Assembly (NCBI RefSeq): GCF_963921235.1 | Contig: NC_086097.1 | Location: forward strand, 30,258,001-30,322,000 | Direction: 5' to 3' | Origin: Mobula hypostoma | Lineage: Eukaryota | Length of the DNA stretch: 64,000 nt | Shown: positions 11,546 to 22,281 of the stretch, one piece after another | Position numbering within the stretch: the first letter of the stretch is position 1 | Layout of the letters: every line of letters begins with the position of its first letter | Position numbers and translations under genes: made by a program | The notes under the pieces: generated by a model | What the model was told of the DNA's origin: nothing | What the model saw: the letters and a program-made list of their open reading frames with translations, nothing else | Databases searched by the model: none

Positions 11546-14152
11546 AGTAAAAGTAGGGGAGGTGGTTTACGCATCTACATGAATCGATCATGGTGTACTA
11601 ACTCTACCGTTGCTGACACTTATTGCTCTGCAGATCTAGAATACCTGATTATTAAGGGCAGACCTTTTTATCAACCACAAGAATTTACATGCATCATTGC
11701 TGTCGGAGTTTATTTTCCACCGGATGCTAATGCTAAAGTAGCCATGAAAGACCTCAGTGCTGCTATTAGCAAGCTGCAGATATTGCATCCAGACGGAGCC
11801 TTTATTGTTGCTTGGGACTTTAATCATTGTAACCTACGTACCGTGCTTCCAAGATTTTACCAGAATGTATCATGCACCACAAGGGGTATAAAACTTTAGG
11901 TCATGTCTACACAAATGTGGCTGATGCTTACAAAGCCACTACCCTCCCCCACCTGGGACAGTCCGACCATCTTTCATTGTTTCTGCTTCCCAAGCAGAGC
12001 CCGGTCATTAAACGTGTGAAACCCACAATGAAGACCATTAAGATCTGGCTGGAGGGTGCTGACTCTGCTCTTCAGCACCAATTCCAGCACACAGACTGGA
12101 GTGCGTTCGCTGCCCATGCCACCACAGACTCTCAGATTAACATTGATTTATATACCAACTCTGTCCTTGAGTACATCAACAAGTGTGTAGATAGAGTGAC
12201 ATCACTAAAACAAATAAAAGTTTTCCCCAATCAGAAACCATGGATGAACAAAGAAGTTCGCCTCCTGCTCAAAGCCAGAGATTCCGCCTTCAGGTCTGGA
12301 GACCGGGAGGCTTACAGCTCAGCCAGGGCCAACCTGAGGAAGGGAATCTCTCAGGCTAAACACATATACAACAGAGAATCGAGGAGCATTTCAATTCCTC
12401 GGATCCCCAGCGCATGTGGCATGGCATACAGGTCATTACTGACTTCAAACCACCTAGTACTGTGCCCCCTTCCAGCTCTGCTTCCCTCCCTGCTGAGCTC
12501 AATTACTTCTACGCTCGCTTTGACCGAGAGAACAAGGAGGCCACCCTCAAAGCGGATCTCCCACCTGCTGAACTGCCTCTCTCACTTTCCACCTCCAATG
12601 TTTGCGCCACCCTGAGCAGGGTGAATGTACGGAAGGCAGCTGGTCCTGATGGAATACCTGGCCGTGTGCTCAGAGTCTGTGCAGGGCAGTTGGCCGGGGT
12701 CTTCACAGACATTTTTAATGGCCCAGGCAGTTGTCCCCACAAGCTTCAAGATCGCCACCATCGTGCCAGTGCCGAAGCATTCCACTGCCACGGGCCTGAG
12801 TGACTTCACCCAGTTGCACTCACCCCCATCATTGCAAAGTGCTTTGAGAGACTGGTCCTATCACATCTGAAATCCTGTCTACCCACTACCCTGGATCCCC
12901 ATCAATTTGCCCATTGCACCAACAGGTCAACAGAGGACGCTATCTCCACAGCACTTCACTCTGCCCTGACCCAACTGGACAGCCCCAACTCTTACGTCAG
13001 AATGCTGTTCATTGACTTTAGTTCAGCATTCAATACTGTGATCCCCTCCAAGCTGATCACCAAACTTCGCCAGCTTGGTATCAGCTCATCCCTCTGCAAT
13101 TGGACCTTGGACTTTCTGACTAACAGACCCCAATCAGTTAAGTTAGACAACCTCTCCTCCTCCACTCTCACCCTGCACACCGGCGTGCCTCAAGGCTGTG
13201 TGCTGAGCCCTCTTCTGTACTCCCTTTTCACCTATGACTGCGTTCCTGTACACGGTTCTAACTCCATAATCAAGTTTGCAGACGACACCATGGTGGTTGG
13301 CCTGATCAGAGGGGATGACGAGACGGCCTATAGGGACGAGGTCCAGCACCTGGCCATGTGGTGTGCCAACAATAACCTGGCTCTTAACACCCAGAAGACC
13401 AAGGAGATCATTGTGGACTTCAGGCATGCTAGGAGCCACACTCACGTCCTCATCTACATCAACGGAGCTGTAGTGGAGCATGTATCAAGCTTCAAATTCC
13501 TTGGTGTCCACATTTCCGAGGATCTCACCAGGTCCCTGAACTCCTCCATCCTGATCAAAAAGGCACAACAGCACCTTTATTTCCTGTGGAGCATCAAGAA
13601 AGCTCACCTCTATCCCAGGATACTGACGGACTTTTACCGCTGTACCATTGAGAGCATACTCACCAACTGTATCTCAGTGTGGTATGGCAATTGTCCCATA
13701 TTGGACTGCAAAGCACTCCAGCGTGTGGTGAAAACTGCCCACCGGATTATCGGCACCCAATTGCCCACCATTGAGAACATCTATCATAAACACTGCCTGG
13801 GCAGGGTGAAAAGCATTATCAAGGATGCATCTCACCCTAACCATGGACTTTTTACTCTCCTCCCATCCGGTATGTGCTACAGGAGCCTCCGCTCCCGCAC
13901 CAGCAGGCTCAGGAAGAGCTTCTTCCCTGAGGCTGTGACCCTCCTGAACCTCACATCACAGCGCTAAGCAGTATTGCCCCCATATTGTACTGTCTCAGTA
14001 CTTTTATTTTTGTGTGCTGTAGCACTTACTTTTTATTCACAGTTATTTTGTAAATAACACTATTCTTTGCATTTCTGGTTAGATGCTAACTGCATTTCAT
14101 TAGCTTTGTATCTGTACTCGGCACAATGACAATAAAGTTGAATCTAATCTAA
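11546..14152 (+). mobile_element. Rex1/Babar LINE, near-complete endonuclease-RT ORF with frameshifts
   Basis: [29 protein letters not shown] and KFADD motifs; AATAAA and an (aatct)n tail. Confidence 0.9.
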
Positions 14153-16489
14153 TACGGTCCAGGTTTCACATCCATACGGGAGACTACTGAGGATACGGCT
14201 TCGTACACCTTTAGTTTTGTGGACAGCCAGATGTTGTACTGGTTCAACACATGCAATGGCAGTCGGCCAAGGCTCTGCCTGGCCTTGCAAATCCTGGCAC
14301 TGATTTCTCTGTCCAGTGAGTCATCACTACAAATGGCACTGCTGAGATACTTGAATTCTTCCACTCTTCTCAGTCTTGTTCCCCCAATTGCAACTGATCT
14401 AGGAGCAGGTTGAAATAGGACTTCAGTCTTGCTTAGGCTGACGGTAAGACCAAAGAGGCAAGAGGCTTTGGCAAGTTTGTTGACAGTTAGCTGAAGATCG
14501 GAGCCAGTGTGAGCCGTCAGAGTATAGTCACCAGGGTAGAGGGCTTCAAGGATGAGATTCTTGACTGTCTCTGTTCTAGCTATCAGACAATGCAGGTTGA
14601 AGAGTGATCCATCAGGTCTGTACTTCAGGGAGACACACATTTGAGGTCTTTGTCTGTGTGGTTCAGCACATATGTAAAGAACAGGTTGAACAACACAGGG
14701 GCCAGCATACACACTTGCTTCACTCTGTTCGAAATATTGAAGCGCTCTGCGATGTCACTGTTCGAGAGGACCTGTCATGAAAAAGGCGGATGAGGTTGAT
14801 GAATTTGTGTGGGCATCCCAGTTTGACAGGACTGTCCAGAGAACCTCTCTGTCTACCGTAGTTAGATCTACAAAGCTGATGTCTAGGTACAGCTCTTCAG
14901 ATTTTTACTTGAACCTGGCTGACAGCGAAGATCATGTCGACGATGCCGCAACCCGAATGAAAATCACACTGTGTTTCAGGAACATTCTTTTCTGACATGT
15001 TGGTAATTAAGTGGTTGAGGATTACACAAGCATTTCTCTCCTGTTGGTAGCTGGGAAGATCCTGGCTCATGCAATTGCCACGTAAGAACATAATAGAGCA
15101 GGAGTAGGCCGTCTGGCCTGTCAAGTCTGCTCTGCCAAGATTCAAGTTTCCAGTTTATTTATCACGTGTACGTTGAAACATGCAGTAAGTGCATCATTTG
15201 CTTTAACAATCATTCAATAAGATCACGCCTAATCTGGCCGTAGACTCAACTCCACCTACCTGCCTTTTCCCCATAACCCTTAATTAATTCCCCTGCTGTG
15301 CAAAAAAACCTAACTGTGTCTTAAATGTATCTCATCAAATCAGAACTTGATGCAGTATCAGTGAGGAAACTTTCACCAGTACATCTATAGAAGTTTGTCA
15401 GAGAGTTTGGTGACAAGCCAATTCTCCTTAATCTCTTAAGAAAGTAAAGATGCTGGTGTGCCTTCCTTGTGTGTGCTTATGTAACATTTTGCTTCACTAA
15501 CTCAATTTTCTGATTCTTCAAATATCCAGAAACTTATCTGTGATTGTCGTAAATTTATTCAGAATCAGGTTTATCATCACTGACAAACAACATAATTTTT
15601 TTTCTCTGCGGCAGCAGTACAGAGCAAGACATAAAAATTACTATAAGTTACAATCAATCAATCAATAAATTAATAAATGGTGCAAAAGAGGAATCACTTC
15701 TTGAAGATATCCTCAGTGGTGGGGAAGCTTTGTGCTCGTGATGGAGCTGGCTAAATCTACAAACCCCTGCAGCCTCTTGTGATCCTGTGTACTGGCACCT
15801 TCATACAAGGTTGTGATGCATCCAGTTAGAATGCTCTCCGTACATTAGTAGAACTCACGAGAGTCTTTAATAAAGTAACAAATCTCCCCCAAACTCCTGA
15901 TAAGTAGAGCTACTGGCGTGCTTTCTTTGTGACTGCATCAGTATGTTGGACGCAGGATAGATCTTCCCAGATGTTGACGTCCACAAACTTGAACTTGGGT
16001 GGGCGGAGCTACAATGGAGCTCGACAGTGACTCCTTCAAGGTCATTTACAAAAACAGCTTAATTTCTACCTTTAACATCTCTCCTTTTCTTTTTTAAGGT
16101 GGATGGAGTTCTTGAAGACCCTGTCCTAGAGCTACACTCAAACTTCAGTTGTTTGCAGCAATGGGACCTACTCCTGACACTTACCGGCCAGCCATTTATC
16201 CCAAGGATGCGTCCTAGAAGACGAGTGCACCTTCGGGGTTCCAAGGCTTTGCAGCCCAGAGGATGAGCCAATTCTATACCGCTGACGCCAACTGAAGCGT
16301 TGCGGGAGAAAACAAAGCACTGGAAACAGCGGATCAGCTGTCGGGGGCTCCGTAGGTGATGAATCGCGCAGTCTCTCTCTTTCTCTCGTTGGTGGGGGAG
16401 AGCTCGTTGTCAATTCTCAAGTCAGAGAACTCGGGGGGGGGGGGAGAAAAAGGCGACATGGCAGACTTTAACACCATAAATCAGTGAGT

Positions 16490-16652
16490 TAGAAACATAG
16501 AAACATAGAAACATAGAAAATAGGTGCAGGAGTAGGCCATTCGGCCTTTCGAACCTGCACCGCCATTTATTATGATCATGGCTGATCATCCAACTCAGAA
16601 CCCAGCCCCAGCCTTCCCTCCATACCCCCTGACCCCCGTAGCCACAAGGGCC
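16490..16652 (-). mobile_element. CR1 3' tail fragment
   Basis: (aaacatag)n tail and 3' UTR, nearly identical to 63880-63970. Confidence 0.75.
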
Positions 16653-16762
16653 ATGTTTGTGTTTGTTCGTCTTCCCTCTCACTGTGAAAGGGAACACCTC
16701 TCTGGCCCTTTATTAGGGAGAGGAAGAACCTGTGGTGGGTTGAATTGTTGGGTGAATGATTC

Positions 16763-17581
16763 TGTTGGCCAGAAAGAACGGCAGTCTGCACATCAGTGAA
16801 TTGGAATGAATCGAGGATAGTGGAACCAGAAAGACCAATTGTCTTTGTTCTTGTTGTGCGCTTGGGGTTGGACGCCGCCATTTTGTGAAGACACATTTTG
16901 TGAGCTTGAAGTGCTTGGCTTGATCAATGTTTTAAAGAAGACACAATGATGCTCCAGGTAATCTGCTGGACTGGAGATCAGTTCCAAATTAGAAGTTATT
17001 TGTGAGATATTCTTTAGTTGGCTATAACATGCAGGTTTGTGAATGTTGGGGTTGATGCCTGCCTGGAGTGATTCAAGCTTATTGCTGGTTGAGAACAAAG
17101 AGCCATAGATTATATTCCTGTCACTTGATGGGAAGAGGGCAATAAATGGATGCTGGCTTGGAGCAGAGCCAATGACAAGGAGTTTAAAGGACAGACACAT
17201 GACCTGTGGCCAATAACACTGAAATGTGATACTTGAATTGATAAGGAACAGATATAAAAGTGGATGCCTCATATGTGCTGGCAGCGGTAACTCTGAAGAA
17301 TAACCATTGCAGATACAAGCATGACTGACCCTGTGTGGAACACGTGAGTGAATCGGGACTACGAGGAACGCCTGGCCAGCGTAAACTCCTTAGCCCAGGT
17401 AATACCTGTACTATTCTTTGACTCTTCAGGAGAGTCAGGGACACTTAGTGGGTGTGCACTCAAGGTATTTAGTGTATGAATTCATATACTTAACATGTTT
17501 AAGCAATAAAAGTACTTGTCGGTAAATACAGATCTCTCTGTGCCTCCCTGATCATTGTTACAAGGAGTAATTCTTACAAAA
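16763..17581 (+). mobile_element. Solo LTR
   Basis: TGTTG start and CAAAA end (probably a mutated CAACA), ATTC TSD, TATAAAA near 17254, AATAAA near 17505. Confidence 0.7.
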
Positions 17582-17859
17582 ATTCACTTTTGTTGCACTG
17601 CAGATCTTGGTCTTTCTTTGCTAACACTTGCTCAGTGGTTGGAGGGTGTGATTTTTTTTGCTGAAGTAAGTGGGGGAGGGTTAGGGTTGTCGCTTTGCCG
17701 CTGCTTGTGCGTGGAAGGAAGTAGGGAGGGCTTTGGGGTTCTACAGTTTTTACTGTCACTCATTCTTTGGGGCATTCTGTTTTCGTGGGTGTTTGTGAAG
17801 AACAAGAACTTCAGGATTATGTTGTATGCATTCTCTGATATTAAAGGGAACTGTTGAAC

Positions 17860-18110
17860 TATTGAAATCCAAAGATTCACCAGTGAGATGTGCATTTGCA
17901 TAAATGACTAACACAGTCCGAGAATTGTGCTGGGGACAATCCCGCAGGTGTTACCATGCATCTGATGCCAACATAGCACGCCCAGAACTTACTAACCCTA
18001 ACCCGTGCGTCTTCAGATGTGGGAGGAAACCGGAGCACCCGGAGGCAACCCACGCGGCCACAAGGTGAATGTACAAACTCCTCACAGGCAGTGGTGAGAA
18101 TTGAACCCAG
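17860..18110 (-). mobile_element. V-SINE-like element
   Basis: Reverse strand has the cctccgggtgctccggtttcctcccaca core and a gggttcaattc B box. Confidence 0.7.
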
Positions 18111-18712
18111 GTAACATTCCTACCACAGCCCTTCACCCAACCCCCAACTCTCCTGGTTCCACCATACACACGTAGTTCACCCCCCAACCCTCCTCCCCTA
18201 TCTGATTCTGGCTCCGGCTGCCATACGCCACAGAATCAGAGTCAGTCAGGGTTACTAAGCACTGACATACCTATGTTTGTGACAGCAGGACTGTGCAAGA
18301 TATAAAATCACTGTAAATTAAAACATATAAATAAAGCACATCTTCAAAAGGCCTCATCTTTCAGGACATGTCATCTTCTTATTGCTTGCATCAGGGAGTC
18401 GGTACAGGATCCTGAAGACACACACTCAATGTTTTAGGAACAGGTCCTTATTTGTTGCTATTTTGAGTGATTTTGATCGGGGCCTCCTGCAGAAATCTAA
18501 CTGAGCTGAACTGAATATGCCTGGACTCTTTTGATTTTGTGTTTTATATTCTGTGTTTATCGCTCTTTTTTGTTGCCATTTGCACGATTTCTTTTTTTTT
18601 CGCACTGTGTGGGGGGTGGTTTGATGTTTTTCTTTGAGCAGGTTCCATGGGTTTTCTTTGTTTTGTGGTTGTCTGAGAGGAAGATGAATCTCAGGTTGTA
18701 TATTGCATATGT

Positions 18713-19023
18713 GTTGGCACGTGGCCAAGTGGTTAAGGCGTTCGTCTAGTGAGTTGAAGGTCGCTACTTCGAGCCTCAGCTGAGGCAGCGTGTTGTGTCC
18801 TTGAGCAAGGCACTTATCCACACATTGCTCTGCGATGACACCGGTGCCAAGCTGTATGGGTCCTAATGCCCTTCCCTTGGACAACATCAGTGGCGTGGAG
18901 AGGGGAGACTTGCAGCATGGGCAACTGCTGGTCTTCCATACAACCTTGCCCAGGCCTACGCCCTGGAAACCTTCCAAGGCGCAAATCCATGGTCTCATTA
19001 GACTAACGGATGCCTCTATATAA
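18713..19023 (+). mobile_element. tRNA-derived SINE with a CORE-like domain
   Basis: A box TGGCCAAGTGG, tgtgtccttgagcaaggcactt core, 13-bp TSD atattgcata(t/c)gt. Confidence 0.8.
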
Positions 19024-20125
19024 ATATTGCATACGTACTTTATACTTGCCAAATATTCTTTGAATCAGATTTCTGAATGGACCATGAACATTTATTCTCT
19101 TTTTGCATTAGTTGTTATATTTATCCTTATTGTAATTAATAGCAATTTTTTATGTATCACACTGTTCTACTGCCCAAAACAACAAATTCTATGACACGTG
19201 CTAGTGATTTTTTGATTCTCAGACCCAGATTTGATTAGAAAGAGGTTTATAAAATTAAGAGGGGCACAGATAGTACAGACAGTCTGAATCTTTTCAACAG
19301 GGTGAAAAGTGTCACCTAGAAATGGGTTGTTAAATGTGAAGGGGAAGTGTTTAAAGGAGATTCATGAAGCAAGTTTCTTTTTTCTTACACAGAGTCGGGG
19401 TGCTTGAGGGATTGGTGCGAGTGGATACGATTGTGGTATTTATGAAATGTTGAGGCAGGGAATGGAGAGATAGGGATCCTGTACAGGCAGAAGAAATTCA
19501 TTTAATTTGGCATCTGGTCAGCAGAGATGTGGTGAGCCAAAGAGGCTTTTCCTGTGCTCTACTGTTCTATGTCCAACTCACTCGGAGTAAGGACTGACGA
19601 GTACCAATGGAGTCGCGCATGCTGATGTAGCTTACACTTTGGCATAGTGAAGCAGGAAACCTCAAAAGATATTTCTTTCCAACCATCTACACTAGAAACT
19701 ATTTCCGTCTGCACATTTACACAGAGTTCAGTCACGTCCTCAAAGTCAACTGCCAAGAAGCCACAATTAACTACAGTCAACAGAGCAGAACCACAGGACC
19801 CATGAAAAACACAGTTACAGAGGTATACCTAGGGCTGGTCTCTGCTGCCAGCCTGACACAACAGGCCAAAAAAGCCTTTTCCTTTGTCAAACCGGGAAAG
19901 GTTGAATAGGTTAGGACCTTATTTCATACAGCGTAGGAGAATGAGGGGAGATTTGATATAGAAAATTATGAGGGGTGTAGATAGGGTAAATGCTAGCAGG
20001 CTTTTTCCTCTGAGATCGGGTGAGACCAGAACTAGAGGTCGTAGGTTAAAGAATGAAAGATGAAAGACCTAAGGGGAAGCTGAGGGGGATCTAACTCTGC
20101 GAGTGTGTGATGGAACAGTGTAGAC

Positions 20126-20205
20126 CAGGGTTTCCCAACCTAGGGCCCTCGGACCCCTCAGTTAATCGTAGGGGTCTGTGACATCAAAAGGGTTGGGAAC
20201 ACCTG
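20126..20205. mobile_element. 80-bp hAT-type MITE
   Basis: Terminal inverted repeats CAGGGTTTCCCAACC...GGTTGGGAACACCTG; 8-bp near-TSD gtgtagac/atgtagag. Confidence 0.75.
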
Positions 20206-20574
20206 ATGTAGAGGGAGCTTCATTCTGTGTCTGACCCAGAAAATGGAGAGGTGAAGGATGTGTCAAGAGACCAGATTGTATACAGAACAAACATTCTGCC
20301 ACTGGAAAGTTCAGGGCAATAGCCTGGGCAACACTCACCCTCAGGAAGGGCACAGACTAAAAATAAAACCGTGATGTTAGCTTCTGAAGTAAAGCTCATA
20401 CAAAAGGAAGGAAGGGAGCCCTATCTGGAGATCGAAGGGAACATCTGACACACTGCAAGCCACCTTTGCAGAGATAGCGTCTGCTTCACATCTTTCAATA
20501 TGATTGTGGGTGGGACTGGGAAGTTAATAGTCTTAAAGCACAGAGGAGGTCAAGGAGAATCAGCGAGTTGAGGA

Positions 20575-20790
20575 AAACATGGGAGACTGGGAAGTGGAAG
20601 GTGGGAAGGGGAAGAGGAAAGGGGGAAAGGGAAGATGGGAAGGAGAAAATGGGAAGGGGGAGGGGAAGAGGGAAGGTGGGAAGGGGAAGTGGGAAATGGG
20701 AAATGGGGAAGGGGAGCAAGGGGGAAAGGGAGATGGGAAGGGGAGCAGAGTAAGGGGTAGAGAGGAGGGGGAGGAGGAGAGGGATAGATG
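20575..20790. repeat. Polypurine (GGGAA-rich) low-complexity tract
   Basis: About 200 bp almost exclusively G/A. Confidence 0.9.
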
Positions 20791-20974
20791 GAGGTAGAGA
20801 GACCAAGAATGATAGTGTTTCTGGCATGGCAAATTTTATTTCTTAAAAATAATGTGGGAAATGAAGGTGTCTGGAATCATAAGAACAATCTCAAAATAAA
20901 GGATTGGACGATCAAAACTGGGGTGGAAAGGAAGACTTGTGAAGGTGCTGCCAGGACTCGTGGGACTGTGACAC

Positions 20975-22120
20975 AGGCGCATAGCAATTAGTGTAACGTT
21001 TTACAGCACCAGTGATCTGGGTCCAATTCCTACCACTGAGTTTGTACATTCTCCCTATGACTGCATGAGTTTCCATTGGGTGCTCCAGTTTCTTCCCACA
21101 TTCCAAAGATGTACGAATCAGGGTGTCATGGTCCGGATCAGGGTCCCTTTAAATTTACTTTGTTTATATTACGATCTGGACCGTTGACTCCCTGTTTCCC
21201 TTTGGTTCCCTGTTTTCCCGTGTCCCTCAGGCTTGGTGATTGGAGGCAATTTACTCTTGACTGAACCAGCAGTTTATAGTCTCCGGCTTTCAGCCGTTCG
21301 GCACGAGAGTGTTTGCAAAGTCACCAAAGGTACTGCGAGCCAATGTCATCTGGCCGGAGCAAGCCTAGTCTCCTCCCAAAGCAAGTGCCAGCAAGCCGCC
21401 TTCCCTTGTCAGAGCGGGTCAGTCTAAGTTAACCCGCTGTGGTGAGCCAAGAGCTCGCCGCGGCTTGGAGCGTACTTCAGCCCAGTTATAGTTCTGTCCA
21501 TCGTTGTGTGGTCTCCATATCCATGTCATGTGTCTAAAAGGGGTCCCGGCCCTGTACCCTGGAAGGGTCCTGACCCTGTGTCAAGAAGAGTCCCGACTCC
21601 GTCCTGTGTCTTAGGAGGATTCCCGGCTCTATGTTTTATGTCCTGTGTTTGTGTCTGTCCTGTGTCTTAGGAGGATTCCCGGCTCTATGTTTTATGTCCT
21701 GTGTTTGTGTCTGTCCTGTGAATAAGAAGAGTTCCTGGCTCCGGAGGCTCCAAGTACCAAGTCCTGGCTCCAGCGGTCTGTGATTCCAAGTCCTAGCCCG
21801 GACCATTAGTCCCAGCCTAGTCCAAGGCCTGAGTCCTTGTCCATTATGCTATTCCTGCTTCTGCTTTGCTGTCCTTGTATCAAGCAATAAACTCGATTAA
21901 GTTAACCTCACAAGATGTGTCTTGCATTTGGGTCCACCCTTGCTCCCAGCACTCCCCCTTTGTGACACAGGGTTAGTAAGTTGTGGGCATGTTATATAGA
22001 GACTGGAAGCATGGTGACACTGTGAGCTGCCTGCAGTACACCCTTCGACTGCGCTGATCAATGATTCAAATGACTCATTTCCCTGGATGTTTCGATCTAC
22101 ATTCAACAGATATACTTTAA
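20975..22120 (+). mobile_element. V-SINE-like element interrupted by a solo LTR
   Basis: tRNA-like head and V-like core before 21123; resumes gggttagtaagttgtgggcatg after 21968. Confidence 0.65.
21124..21967 (+). mobile_element. Solo LTR
   Basis: TGTCA...TGACA ends, CAGGG 5-bp TSD, AATAAA near 21886, internal 56-bp tandem duplication at 21601-21712. Confidence 0.85.
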
Positions 22121-22281
22121 TCTGAGTTATAGGAAGAAGTTAGGCAGGCTAGGATTTTATTCCTTGGAATAGACCATAAAATTTAGAGCAGAATTAGGCC
22201 ATTCAGGCCATCAAGTCTGCTCGCCATTTCATCATGGCTATCTATTTCCCTCAACTCCGCTCTCCTGCCTATACTCCATAA

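Larger units (their letters stand above)
10460..15080 (-). mobile_element. RTE-clade LINE in three pieces (14153-15080, 11380-11545, 10460-10805)
   Basis: DGSLFNL and LSTKLKVY motifs, then YRRH...LRSILGIHWED...AQLRWAEHV, then RIPKQ and a GRLCHSQLGLGSH terminal motif; the pieces are collinear. Confidence 0.8.

Noticed and set aside
18713..18790. tRNA gene
   Set aside because: It is the tRNA-derived head of a TSD-flanked SINE, with no complete cloverleaf
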